Assembly (NCBI GenBank): GCA_048213135.1
Contig: PS015498.1
Coordinates: forward strand, 1 to 50,984
From: Reclinomonas americana ATCC 50394
Taxonomy: Eukaryota
Length of the DNA: 50,984 bases
Direction: 5' to 3'
Both the position numbers and the translations under genes were made by a program. Each line of letters begins with the position of its first letter. The stretch's first letter is position 1. Below are positions 12,069 through 24,600 of this stretch, in pieces. The notes beneath the pieces are model-generated. The model made no database searches. It worked only from the letters and a program-made list of their open reading frames with translations, and was not told the DNA's origin.

Positions 12069-12643
12069 ATGGCCGACGAATTGATTGAGCAGATCAGCGC
12101 CTTCTTCGACAGTTGCGTGTCGCTGAGGCGTGCATGCGGTTATCTGCGTGACGCAAGGAGAGCGCGGGTGTGGGCATGTCGGGCAAACATGACGACATGG
12201 GGCGCGCAGATCCACACACGCTTTTTTCCGCACCGGTCTCTCCCCTCTTTCTCCCTTTGTTGTGCCATGGCGTCTCCCCTACGTCCCAACTACTTGCCTC
12301 TCTGCATGTCTCGTTATTCGTGTGGCTTGTATCATGACTTGTCTTGTGTTTCTCCGAGCAAAAGAAAGTTGCACCAGTCACATGCTCACACTCGCACACA
12401 TGCACAGGCGACGAGGGTCAGGAGCAGGTCGCCGAGGCGTTCAAGGCCGCCGACACTGACAACTCTGGCTCGCTGCAGAAGTCGGAGGTGAGAGAACGAG
12501 AGAGAGCGCGCGTTCCGTTTGCAAACAAGTGACGCAAACGCTCACTCACCTTACACTACTAGTTGGCGCAAGTACTGCGCGACCTGGTCGCCAGTGGCGC
12601 GGTGGGCGCTGTGCCGGAGATCTCGCAGGCTGAGATCGATGCT
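12069..12643 (+). CDS. Small EF-hand protein, exons 1-3 (last exon lies inverted at 13676-13780)
   Basis: MADELIEQISAFFD|SDEGQEQVAEAFKAADTDNSGSLQKSE|LAQVLRDL...; canonical EF loop DTDNSGSLQKSE. Confidence 0.8.
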
Positions 12644-12695
12644 GTTGCGTGCTTTCTTCACAAGTAACTGTTACAGTGCACGCTGGCAAGCTCAC

Positions 12696-12755
<60 letters not shown>

Positions 12756-12848
12756 GTNNNNNNNNNNNNNNNNNNNNNNNNNNNNNNNNNNNNNNNNNNN
12801 NNNNNNNNNNNNNNAGGACAGAGGAGAAGGAGGAGGAGAGGAACTCAC

Positions 12849-13538
12849 CGCCCGGGTTCTTCAGAATGGCATCGCCACCGGGATGCTCGTCGACAAACTC
12901 AGTCACGTCATACACCTGTGACGCGCATGGTGTCAGTGAGTGCGTGCAGACACTCTCTGTCTCTTTCTCTCTCTCTTCTCTCTGTCTCTCTCGCTCTCTC
13001 ACTCACTCACACGCACACTCACAAACACACTCACACACACGCTCACACACACACGCACACAGAGAGAGAGAGACAGCTGCGCACTTAACTTTGCCTTCAA
13101 TCAGCAACCAGCAGTCCTCACGACGATTGTGTCGCGCCAACTCCTCCATTGAGATCTCATTGCCCTGGAGAACGAAATTGAGATGCATGTGCGTGAGAGA
13201 GTGTGTGAGTGTGTGCGTGTGTGTATGAGAGAGAGCGAGAGAGTGAGTGTGTGTGTGTGTGTGTGAATGAACGCAACTCGCGGCTTGGGCTTCTTCGATG
13301 CCGCCACTGCATGCAAATGACAGTGAGTGCATTTCATCTTGTGCGCACACACGCACACACAAGAGAGAGAGAGAGCAAAAGAGTAAGTGTGTGTGTGCTT
13401 TGGTTTTTCACCTGGCAGCTGATGCGAGCTCTTTGGCATCACGCACTGAATGGTGAGTGCAAAGGCCAGCACGCCCAGCACAGCCGCGCCCACAAGGAGC
13501 AGCGGAGATGAGTCCCACAGTTGCCACACAATGTCCAT
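12849..13538 (-). CDS. Cytochrome b5-like protein with N-terminal membrane anchor, exons 1-4
   Basis: MDIVWQLWDSSPLLLVGAAVLGVLAFAL (TM), ISMEELARHNRREDCWLLIEGK|VYDVTEFVDEHPGGDAIL; HPGG haem motif. Confidence 0.9.
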
Positions 13539-13675
13539 TGATGATCTCTTACGCGCGAAAAGAACAAAGGAAGAAGAGTTGCCTTGATCAATCAATGAAA
13601 TGCATGACGACGAGTAGAGGTACACTGTCAACGTGCAAGCGAGGGCCCCACGTGGAACCCCGCTATATGTGCTTC

Positions 13676-13779
13676 TTAGAGCGAGGCAGCAATGGCAGCG
13701 AGGCACACGAGCTTGCAGAACTCGGTGAACTCCTTGACGCTGAGCGCACCCGAGTGATCAGTGTCGAGCTCCGCAAACG

Positions 13780-13780
<1 letters not shown>
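13676..13780 (-). CDS. Last exon of the EF-hand gene that starts at 12069
   Basis: SFAELDTDHSGALSVKEFTEFCKLVCLAAIAASL*: second EF loop; its phase-0 acceptor matches the donor at 12644. Confidence 0.8.
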
Positions 13781-13841
<61 letters not shown>

Positions 13842-13920
13842 GTGAGNNNNNNNNNNNNNNNNNNNNNNNNNNNNNNNNNNNNNNNNNNNNNNNNNCCCTG
13901 CGCACTCACTCTCGTGGTAG

Positions 13921-14042
13921 CCGACAACACGGTCAGCTTCAATGGCCCGCACCACCCGGATCGCGCGCGCGACACGCTCACGCACTACTACATTGGCGAT
14001 CTGAAGACCGAGGAGAAGGAGTTTGTCATGAAGAAGCGCTGA
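13921..14042 (+). CDS. Last exon of the cytochrome b5-like gene
   Basis: ADNTVSFNGPHHPDRARDTLTHYYIGDL supplies the second haem His and the YIG.L motif; its phase-1 acceptor matches the donor at 12848. Confidence 0.88.
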
Positions 14043-14167
14043 GTTGCCGCGCTTTCTTTCTTTCGCTCTTTCGCACCTCGTAGACTGTGCGTGCCTCTTG
14101 TTGCACCTGCCCCCAGCACACAGCGACTGCATATTATATGAATACACACACACACCCCTTTCTTCTA

Positions 14168-16480
14168 TTATTGATGTTGCGCGATGATTGCATCGGCGGC
14201 GGCGTCGCCAATGGCCAGACACGCGGCGTTGGGGTTGACGGACACTGGCCGCGGCATGATTGAGGCATCGGCGACACGCACGCCACGCACACCCTGCGAC
14301 AGAGGGAAAACACTCAAGGTCAGTTTTTTCTTGAAGGCGTACCTTGCGCCAATGCAGACGCACCAGAACCGCAAAGTCTTCGTCGACCACCGCTCGCATC
14401 GCACCTGTGTAGCTCACATCTGTCAGCCGCCACAACCCCCTGCGACACAGCAACACGCGACGCAACATGTTCCCGTGGGGTGGAAACTAAAGGCAACACG
14501 AAAATCAGCACATTGCGCTCAAACTCAAGGCCGACGGCCACGCAACATGGTAAGACACGAGAGCTGAATCATGGTGCGCAGCGCGCGTGGTCGCATGGCG
14601 ACGAGCGAGCCCGGTAATAGATTGAGCAGAGCGCCAAACGCTCGGCCATACGCCTCCGCCGCACGCTCGCGCAATCGCAGCACGTGTTGCGTCAGCTCAC
14701 ACACCGCCTCGATGTCTGCGTGCAGTGATCGTCAAACGGTGTGTACACCCACCCCTCCCCCCACGTGGAACAGACCTCGTTCGTCGGAGAGGTACGCCGG
14801 GTCAATGTCGATTTGCTTGTCGTGTCTCAGCCGAACAGCGCCACGCGAGAACGGCTGCACCAGAACGACGAGGTAGCCGGAGACGCGAGAGCAGAGCAGG
14901 TACTGTAGGAGGTCGCCGAACCAGCTGTAGAGACGCGTTGACAGGCACCACGACATGATCGAGCAGAAACAGCGCAGCAGCAGCGGAAACCACCCGAGCA
15001 GCATGGATGCCACAGCCTCAATCAGGATGAACGGCAACAGAAACGGAGTTACGCGGCCGCCGTTCATAGCCAACACCTGCCCCTGCACACCCTGCCGCGT
15101 CACTGGCAGACTTGTGACGGAGAAATCGTGCGGAGCTGCGGCAGCGTGTGAGACGAGCGAAGCGCGCGAGTTGCCTTTGTACTTCCTCTTCATCCTACCT
15201 TCGTGCTGACTGCGCTTGCTGTGTAGATTCATCACGGGGAAGGCGAGGTGGTCCGACAGGTTGCGACCGACCTGCGGTTGATCCACAAACACGTGCACGC
15301 CGGCACGAGTCAACTCCTCCACGGGCCCGACACCAGATCGCAGCAGAATCTGTGCGCAGCGTGTAAGCAGCTGCTGCCGTGATGAGCGTGCTCTTCGCAC
15401 TCACGAAACGGCAGGTGACTGAATGGCTCCGGCGCACAGCACGACTTCGCGATTGCACCGAATGACCTCCAGCACACCATCGCTCTCCACCTCAACACCC
15501 TCGCACACCACAGCACCGTCCTCATCCCGTCGACTCAGCAGCAATCGCCTTACCGTGACCCCACACCGCAGCTCCAGTGTGGAGCGTCGGCCCAGCACCG
15601 GACGCACAAAGGCATCGAAGGGAGATCGCCTCCGCCACTTGCCTGCGACCGACTCGACTGCCGCCCCGACCAACGACGTGTGCCCCGATCGTGTCCGTGC
15701 CGCTGCCTCCACTCGCCCGAGACCAGCGCGAACGCCTGCAACCGCACAAGTCAGCAGACTCCACTTGCGATGGGCAACCGCTGGAGAGAGATGCACAACG
15801 CAGCTGCCCTCCATGAACGCCTTCACGAAGCAGTCATCGTCGCGAACGACTGGCGGACCGTCGCTGCCAAACATGACATGCTGCACGTACATGCACAGCA
15901 TATAAGCCACACACACACTGCTGGTCGTCATGCGATCACAGCCAGAGCATAGCACAACGCACCTCCACTCGTGCGAAATGCTGCTCCATTCTCTCCGCCG
16001 ACAAGCTGGCCACATTCCACGCCTGAAAGTCACTGGCCGGCGGCACCAACCACAGCATGGCATTCACTGCCGAGCCACCGCCGACTCCCTTGATCGTGGG
16101 GAACGAGTACAATCAGCAATCTCTGTCTCTGTTTTCCACTCATACAGACATGCACACCTTGCCCTGCAACATGGCCACTCTCCGGTTCCCACACTGCGCC
16201 TGTGCGACTGTACGTAGTTGCCAGTCGCAGGCCGAGTACGCAGCCAGTGGCCACTTGCGAGGTTCGCCGAGATGCGCAGGCAACGCATCACATCCTGCAT
16301 GCATGCAATCAGTCGGTCTCCTCTCTTTTCTTTGTGTCATTCTCAGAGAGACGCACCAGCCTCCAGCAACAACACTCGTGCAGTCTCACTGCGAGAGAGC
16401 TTCTCAGCGACCACACAGCCACTCGAGCCGGCCCCGACCACAATGTAATCAAACTCGGTTCTCTCCGCTGTCGAATGCAT
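14168..16480 (-). CDS. GMC oxidoreductase (choline/glucose dehydrogenase family), multi-exon; start may be at 16522
   Basis: [19 protein letters not shown]...[61 protein letters not shown]. Confidence 0.92.
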
Positions 16481-16639
16481 CTTGATTGATTGTCGGAACT
16501 GGGACAACTCCCGGATCGACATCGCGTCGTGCCTCACAACACCATCATTTTACAGAGAACGCTTTGAAGAACATAACACACGTCGCGCACAGGTGTGGAG
16601 GGCTGAATATCGTAAAGAACAAGGGAGGTGGGGGGATTA

Positions 16640-19600
16640 TCATCTGCCTTGCAGCACCGAGGCAAAAGCGTCGCGTTCTGTGTGCAAGCGATGAGCTGCA
16701 ACGAACACGGTGTGTGCATGTGTGGATCCATACGCACCAGCCAGTGGCAAGTGGCCACGGAGGGTTAGCTGAAGCATGCGTACAATGGGCCTCTTCAGGC
16801 CCATGTTTTCCAGCTCGTCAAAGAAGCGCATCAGCATGCGAATCACATAAATGCCCTGTTCAAGTGTACGCGGTGGTGTGAGCGACTGGCGTGGATGCTG
16901 TCATGAGGATGTGCGCGCAACATTCTCGTGCAATACGCCGAGGACTTGATCCTGCAACTCGGGCGGCCACATGGCCTCGCGACCGGCCGTGTGGACCAGC
17001 ACCGCGACCGAGTCGGAAACATTAATGGGCGCGATCGGATCGCGACTCTGCACAGTCTCCAGCGCACGATTCATGCTGGACGACTGTGGCGTGTACGTCT
17101 CCGTGGACGTGTACCGACCGAAACGATCGACTGCCAGCGATTGAGACACAGGGGGGAGGAAATAAGATGAATGACAGGAGCAAGCAAGCAAACCTCGTTC
17201 GGTAAAGGCTGGCGACAGGCCAGTCGACGCAGCGTTGGTGGAACCCTGCTGCAACTCGCGCAGACGCTCCAGTGGCGGTGTATAAATTGGACCTCTGGCG
17301 CCGAAGGACGACTGTGGCGGTGGCGTGGCCGCACCGACGAGCTGCTGCGATGCCGGGACTTGCTGCCGCGATCCTTCCTCGGGCGCAAAGTGCACCTGCC
17401 GACGAGGAGAGTTGACGTTGGTCGGGGCAGACATGGAGGCGGCGGCGGCGGCGGCAGTGGCGGCGGGTGCCACTGGTGGCGGCTGACGTGTCGGCGTGTC
17501 GCGCGGTGACGCAAACACTTGCGAGAACACATCGAGCGGCGTCTTGACTTCGGGAACCTCGCGCATTGAGCCGAGATGCACACGCGTGTACTGCGTCGGG
17601 GTCGACTGCGCGCCGATTCCCACAAACGACGCCCGAGTGACATCCGGATGTGGATTGAGGCGGTACAACGACGGACCGTTGCTCTCCTGCGGAGTACTCC
17701 TTCCGCTACCACTACCACCACCAGCAGCAGCACTAAAATCAGCAGCGGCCGCTCGCCACCGCTCACTGCACAACGGTCACAAAAAATATCAGCACACACA
17801 CTCCTGTGATTGAGTGCGTGGCATGTTGCGACAGCTCGCACCTGTCGTCGGGAGCGGGTGGCCGGCTGCCATTGCCAGACGATGGTGGTCGGTTCAGTGG
17901 CCGTGCGGGTACCGGTTCGGCAAAGAGAGCGCGCGGCTCGCCATCCTGTCGCAACTGCGCAGCGACCGAACGAGTAAACAGTTCGTCGTTTCGCCGCGAA
18001 TCCCCGTCCTCACGACTGCCGTGTCAAGGAGTGGTAAGCATCCACTTTTCACGTGGGAGAAAAATAAGGCGACGTACTCGGCGCTGTACCCGAGCGTCAA
18101 CGGCGATTGGTAGCCCATCGAGGAAAATGGCGATCTGATCAAGAGGGAGTCAGCGGCAACGATCCCGCAAGGCATCCATCATCAGTCGTTACCGATACTG
18201 GTCGGAGATCTCCTCCGCTCTGCGGTACGTGTGTGAGGATGCAATGAAAGAAGCAAGGGGGAATGAGCGAATGAACTGCTCACCGACTGCGATTCGCTGC
18301 CGCCTGCGGTGTGTTGATGGTACTCCTGTATCATGGCAGCAAGTGCATGTCAGTCATCCCTTCCCCATCCGAGAGAGACAAACCTCGATCACCGTACCTA
18401 AACGGCTCCCGGGCAGGAGTCGAGCCGAGGGCCGATGCCGAGAGACCAGGTGCACTGCATGGATTACAGTGGGTGGGTCCAAGGGACGCACACAGGAAAG
18501 GAATCCATGGAAAAAATGCAACTTGGACTGGCTCGACAGCAGCGTTGTCTGCGTTGCTGGTGTGGCACCGTTGCCGTTGCTGCGAGAAGCGCGCTATGGT
18601 CAGCATCTCTACGACTCTTGCAGTGCGATACACACAACAATGTACCTCGACAGTGATCCATAGTCAGTGGCAGCGCCACCCGCCCTGCAACAATGAGTGA
18701 GTTGTTGTGTGCTACAATCTGCAAGATGCCGCCCTCATAACAAGCGCACCCTTCCACACGACCACCGGCATCGTAGGAGCGACCGTCGGGGTTGGCCAGC
18801 AGCGTGCGCAGCGTGCTCATGGTGTCATCCCATCGGTCCGCTCCGAACCGTGACAAGGCCGACGACGACTGCCCATTTCCCGGAGTGCTCGACGACGAAA
18901 ATGACGACACTGGAGCGGGTGATTTGCTGAGCATGCGACGATCGTCGTCCAGTCGGCGCTCCGACATTTCCAGGCGCTTCACCTGCGGGTCGTACCACGA
19001 GTGACGCGTGGCGCCCGCGTCTTCGCCCAGTGCAGGTGACTTGGTGCGCCAGGCGCTGCTGTCGCTCAGCGTCTCATACGGCGCGCGTCTCTCCTCGCGC
19101 TCCATTTCCTGAGCCTGCCGGAGCGATCTCAGCTCCTCTGGCGACGGTTGGAACGGATTCGGCTGCAAGCGTGGACGTGTAGGCGACGGTGGTGGGCCGC
19201 CGCCAGTCGCGGTGTCAGTGGCGCTGATGTTGCTGCGTCCGGAACCACTGCTGGGCGGTTGCGGCGACGGACGTGTGGGCGGACCGCGGTAATAGCTGTG
19301 TGGGGACGTTAGTGTGTGCCCTCGCAACGATTGTCAAGGATGAGTACTGACCCCGACGTCCCCTCTGCCAGCGACTTGGCATGTGGCGAGTTGCGCAGCG
19401 TGTTGGGTAGTTCCAGGAAATACGCGTCACCCATGGGAGTCTCGGCCACACTGTGCCCGCCGAAAAACAGGATTCCATCCACCGTGCCCCCAATGTCTGC
19501 GCACGAAAGCTCAGCTGTGCGCGGAGCGTGAAGAAAAATATGATGATCAGCCACCCACCGCGCTTGGTGATCTTGCACAGTGAATGACACGATCGCTCCG

Positions 19601-20909
19601 GCAGCAGGCCTTGGATGTCGGGTCGTATCCACGCCAGCTCCTCTGTGAAGAAGGGAGAAGGGGGGTGAGGGAAAGGGGGAAAAGGGGGGAAAGGGGTGGA
19701 GGAAGGCGGAGGAAAAGGGATGGGAAGGGCGTGAATGAGGGGAAAGGGATGACAAGAGCATGAGTGAGCGAAATTGACGGTCGGAAAGAGTATACTTTGG
19801 AGAAGGAGGATCTCTCACGCTTTCTGCATGTGCGTAGAGAAGGGAGAGAAGGGCGTGACTGATTGAAGAGAAAAAAGAAGAGAGGGGCGTGAATGAGCGA
19901 ATTAGCAAAGGGGGAATGGGGTGAGACGAGCGCGAATAAGTGAGGTAAGGGATGAGAAGAGAGCGAGGGAGCGATACTGGCGGTCGGAAAGAGTGTGCAT
20001 TGGAGAAGGAGGATCTGTCTCGCTCCCTGTATGCGTGTAGGGAAAAGGGATGAAAGTGGCGTGGGGTGAGGAAGAAGAGAAGAGAAGAGCGCGAGGGAGC
20101 GAAACAGACAGTCGGGAAGAGTGCTTTGCTCTCTCGCTCTCTGTATGCGTGTAGGAAGGGAAAGTGGCGTGAATGATTAAGGGGGAAGGGATGCGAGGAG
20201 CGTGAAAGAGCGAAACTGACAGACGGAAAGAGTGTGCTTTTGAGAAGAAGACTCTCTCGTTTCTGTTGGCGCAAAGGGAATGAGTGAGGGGTGGGGATGA
20301 GAGGAGCGTGAAAGAGCGGAAGGGACATGTGCTTGGTGAAGGAGATTCTCTCTCTCTCTCGCTCTTTCCTGTATGACCCAGTGCCTGCGGGTCACAGAAG
20401 TGACACATGTTGCATCTCCCAGAGTGTGGCTGCTCACCAAGACGAAGCACGTAGGCGTCGTTGTAGGTCGTCGTGTCCTTGCCACCCAGCATCAGCGCCG
20501 ACTGGTCACTCAGGCGCACAAACGAATGACCGCAGCGTCCGCCGACCACACATCCCGCCAGCTCCACCTCCTTGCACGTATTGTTGTCTGCGCACGCGTG
20601 TGAGCACGTGCGTGCCTCAGTCAATCACCGACATGCAACGCGCGGCACACAACTCAGGTTAAACACAAAGGTGTCGTCCAGCACACGCTCCGCCTGCGAG
20701 ATGCCACCGTGCAGCAGCACAGAGCGATTCCCGAGCAGCACGGCAGCGTGCAAGCGGCGGGCTCGAGGCAGGGCGCCGAGGAAATCCACTCGCCGACACG
20801 TCAACAAGTCTGTTTCCATCCCTCAAGGTGAGGCACCAACGGTGAAGAAGGCTCTCTTGCGCTCTCCCTCTCTCTCTCTCTTTGCTTTCTCTCCGTCTCT
20901 TTCTCTCTT

Positions 20910-20979
<70 letters not shown>

Positions 20980-21559
20980 NNNNNNNNNNNNNNNNNNNNC
21001 AAGACGAGTCATTGCATGCAACAACAACGCCGATTAACGCCCGCAGCAGCTCGCACGCAAACCATCCGTGTTACCAGCGACTGTACTGGTCGCCGTATGC
21101 AATCCAAAGCCTCCAAACAGCACCGCACGTCCATCCGGTCGCGCAATGCACGTGTGTCCATAGCTGCATCGCATTCAGATGGAATTTCCCGCGCTGATGT
21201 TGCCACGCACTCACACTCAACACTCACCGCGGCCCTGGTGCCGACGACCAACCAACCTCACGTCGCCCCGACGACTAACACACACACGCGCGTGAGAGAA
21301 CAAAAAGAGAGTGAATCATAACGGTCACTTTTTCTACGATGCGCGCGCGCTCTCTCTGGGTGCGTGCGTGTGTCTGCTCAGCACACGCAACAGACAAGGC
21401 CAGTCCGTACTTGTCGCCAATGCCTGCACCATCGCCACTGACAGTGGTCTCATCCGCAGAGATCAGAGGGCGGCAAATGAGCGTCACTTGCATGCTGGAG
21501 GTGGCCGCTGGCAGCAGCGCAACAGGCGGGAGAAGCGAAGGACTCAGCGGAGTGCTCAT
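16640..21559 (-). CDS. Kelch-repeat protein with long S/P-rich disordered region and a C-terminal helical segment
   Basis: Kelch units PGPRYGHTCIARPDGRAVLFGG, PRARRLHAAVLLGNRSVLLHGG...LDDTFVFNL, GRCGHSFVRLSDQSALMLGG...YNDAYVL, ILFFGG...GDAYFLEL. Continuity through the disordered part is less certain. Confidence 0.7.
19730..20370. repeat. Degenerate tandem repeat (~100-125 bp unit, ~5 copies) in a Kelch-gene intron
   Basis: Recurring GAGCGAAA..GAC.GTCGGAAAGAGT...GGAGAAGGAGGATCT.TCTCGCT..CTGTATGCGTGTAG blocks. Confidence 0.8.
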
Positions 21560-21669
21560 GATGCTCCACAGAAAAGCGCGGGCTCGTTTGGATGAAAGAG
21601 TCACCGCTCGTTCGAAAATTCCTCCAGTGTGCGTCTTTGTGCGTGTCTTTATTGAGAGAGCAACAGCTC

Positions 21670-24600
21670 ATGTCGGGTGCGGCAGTGTCGTGGCCGGTGT
21701 TCCGGTACACGTCATCAGGCGCAGTGCTGACTCGATGTTGCGTTTTGCTCACTCTTCTTGACTTGATACGACATCGGACGCGTGCTCACTCACGCGATCA
21801 GTGATGGTTCTTCGCGACTCGGATGTTCTCGACCTCGATCCGTTCACTGGTGAGCTGGCTGCGCGCGTTCTGCTGGTCGATGTCGCGCGTGTCAGTGTCG
21901 ATGCACGCACGGAACACCTCTTTCGCATCGTGTCGGCAGTCGATGGAACCGCAGTGCGTCTGTGTTGTGATCGCTCTCTCCTGCTGCCTGTGGCGACTCA
22001 ACGATCGCCTCCTCCACAGCGCATCTACTTGTCCGAGGAACGCGATGAGATTGTCAGCTGGCTGTTGCATCGACTGGCGCGCGTGAGCACTCCGACATCG
22101 ATGCTGGCCACCTCGTCCGATCCGCTCCTGTCGCCGCCGCAGTCGGCCGAGGACGCGTGTTTGTTTGAGTTCTCGGTGCAGGGCGTCGACTGGCACGGGC
22201 GGTTACACGCGCATCGTGCGTCGTTGTCCTACTCGTCGTAGATCAATCGTCGACTGACCACGCGATCCGCAGTCTTGTATCTCGGGCAGTCGACCATTCG
22301 GCATGTGGATCGCGGGTCGCTGCGGCTCTTCTCGCAGCACCGATACGAGGACGTTAGTGGGTTTGAGTTTGATGTGCGCGATTCGTCGACGGTGGTGCTG
22401 CGGTACGCCAACGACCACGACTACAAGTTTGCCGTGTCGGCGCACGATCGGAACAAGTTGCTGGCGGCTCTTCAGGGCCGCGTGAATTACTTTAGTGCGT
22501 GCCTCTCACTCTCCGCTCGTGCAACGAGGAAAAGCTCACGCGAAACTACAGATGTGTTGCGTGTGCGTGAGGCCACCGACGGCAAGCTGCCACTGGGTGA
22601 TTTCGATGACGACGGCGAGTTGCCGAGCAACGCCAACACGCCGCAGGTGCAGCCTCCATCGCCACCCAAGTGACTCTTGTCCTATTTTATTGCTCACCGC
22701 TGCTGGTAGGAGTTTCCGCAGCGACTCGTCACGCCACCGCATCCGAATGGCGGTGCGCCCGAGTACGCCACGGGCAATTTTTCAAATGGTCAAGACGACG
22801 GCTTCCGAGGCATGCCTACACTCGGCTTGCAGCCAGCCGGCGTCGGTGGAGCGTCGTCGCCTTCAGGGACGGCGCTCATGCCCCTCAGTCCGTTGCGTTG
22901 CGGAGGTGGGAAGAGTTGCGAAGGCTTTTTGTTGCTGACCGACCACATGCAGAGAGGACATGCCGACCGAGGAGGAGCTGTTTGTGTGTGAGGGAACGTA
23001 CCTGTTCAAGTGCATTCGGCGGCGATGGGGTCGTGCTGCGCACCGACGCTACGTGCAGGTGAGTCACGTGTCGACATCCGAGTCCCGTTGATTGTCGCTC
23101 ATCGTCTCTCGCAGGCCACGCGCGACGGCTACATCAAGTGGGGCTCGCACCGCCGCAACGTCCGTCGCTCTGTCAAAATCATTGGCCTCATTCCCGACCT
23201 GTCCGACAAGGAGAAGTCGATGGGACCGGTGGACTTGCACGAGTACGGCTTTGCGCTGATTGCCGACGTGTCGTCCGAGTCGCTGGCCCTCTTCGCCACC
23301 ACGGCAGAGGACTACGCCAAGTGGGTGGCCGGCATGCGTCGCATCCTTCAGCGCCTGTACAAGTCCAATGTCACCCCCGGCCCGATTGCGCCACCGGCCA
23401 ACATTGCGTTGCCACTGTCGCCGCTCTCCGTCACCAGCAACACGAGCAGTACGGCATCGATGCGAGGCGGTCCGGCCACCGCCTCCACGCCTCTCGCCAC
23501 GCCACTTCCGCGCAGCACGCCCGTGGTGACCACCACCGTCAACAGCAGTCACGCACCGCTGTCCGTGCTCGTGCCCTCGCGCATGCCCGCACCCGTGGCA
23601 CCCACGTACCGCCTGCACTCGTATCGCGACATGCCGCCACCGCTCTCCACCGTGGCGCCATTAAGCAAGGCTCCACTTATCACGCCCAACTCCGGTCCCT
23701 CCTCTTCGTTGCTCTCCCGTGGCGCCTCGTCGCCACTGGCCTCGCGACCGACCGCACTTCGGGAGACTGCCGGTCGACAATGAACCGTCCTGTCCTCCTC
23801 ACACTCTTTCCTTCGTCCGACGATGTTGTGGTGGCGCCAATCGCTGACAGCTGTCGCTGCCATCGCCGCCAGTGTGCCACTCGCACTGTGCGTGTGAACA
23901 TGCTTGTTTACTTATCTTTGTTTTGCCTCACATTCTCACCACGCACGCATCGAAAACAGGCATGCAGTGGTCTCCGATGCCAACGAAACTGTGCGCGCTC
24001 TGCTGCACTGGTCCAACGAACCTGTGTGGACTCTGGAGTTTGAGAGCACACTGCCTACGGCCTCTCCACCGGGACCCTATCACGGTCTCTTGCGCATGAA
24101 TGTGATGGGCAGCAGCAACAGCAACAAGAAGACGCCCTTTGCATCCATTGTGCGCATCAACTCGCGTGGTAATCGCGATCCGGAGCCCGTCTTTGTGGCC
24201 GTCTCCAGTGTGCTGGCCGGCGGCAATGGAGTGCTACCAAAGAGCCTCAATCTCACAGTGCCCACGCGACCAAAGAGTGGCGCGCAGGTGCTGCTGGCCG
24301 ATGGTTTGTGTTTGTCGACCACAGACAGCTCTTTCCATGCGTGCTGGCTGATGTGGGTACAGTGGAGCTGCATGCGACCATGCCGAATGGGAGCTCGCGG
24401 GTGGTGGAGATGCCGGCGGAGCGATTCCAGAGAGTGTTTGGCGAGTTTCAGCCGCTGGTGGAGACGGCGACGGCGATGGATGCGGTGGCGCGGGTGATTC
24501 GGGAGAGGGGGGAGGTCGTGTTGCGCCCCCCGCGGCCGTATGTTGAGAACGGGGGAGAAGGGGGAAAGGGGGAAAAGGGGGAAAGGGGAGAAAGGGGAAG

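Larger units (their letters stand above)
12815..13846. other. Gap-bounded segment inverted relative to its flanks (probable mis-oriented contig)
   Basis: Two genes cross its boundaries and change strand; its end (CA)nCAGTGTGAG is the reverse complement of CTCACACTG(TG)n at 12691. Confidence 0.9.

Noticed and set aside
12849-14042. Trans-splicing between opposite strands for cytochrome b5 and the EF-hand gene
   Set aside because: One flip of a gap-bounded segment explains both genes and the segment end overlaps the neighbouring contig, so a scaffolding error is far simpler.
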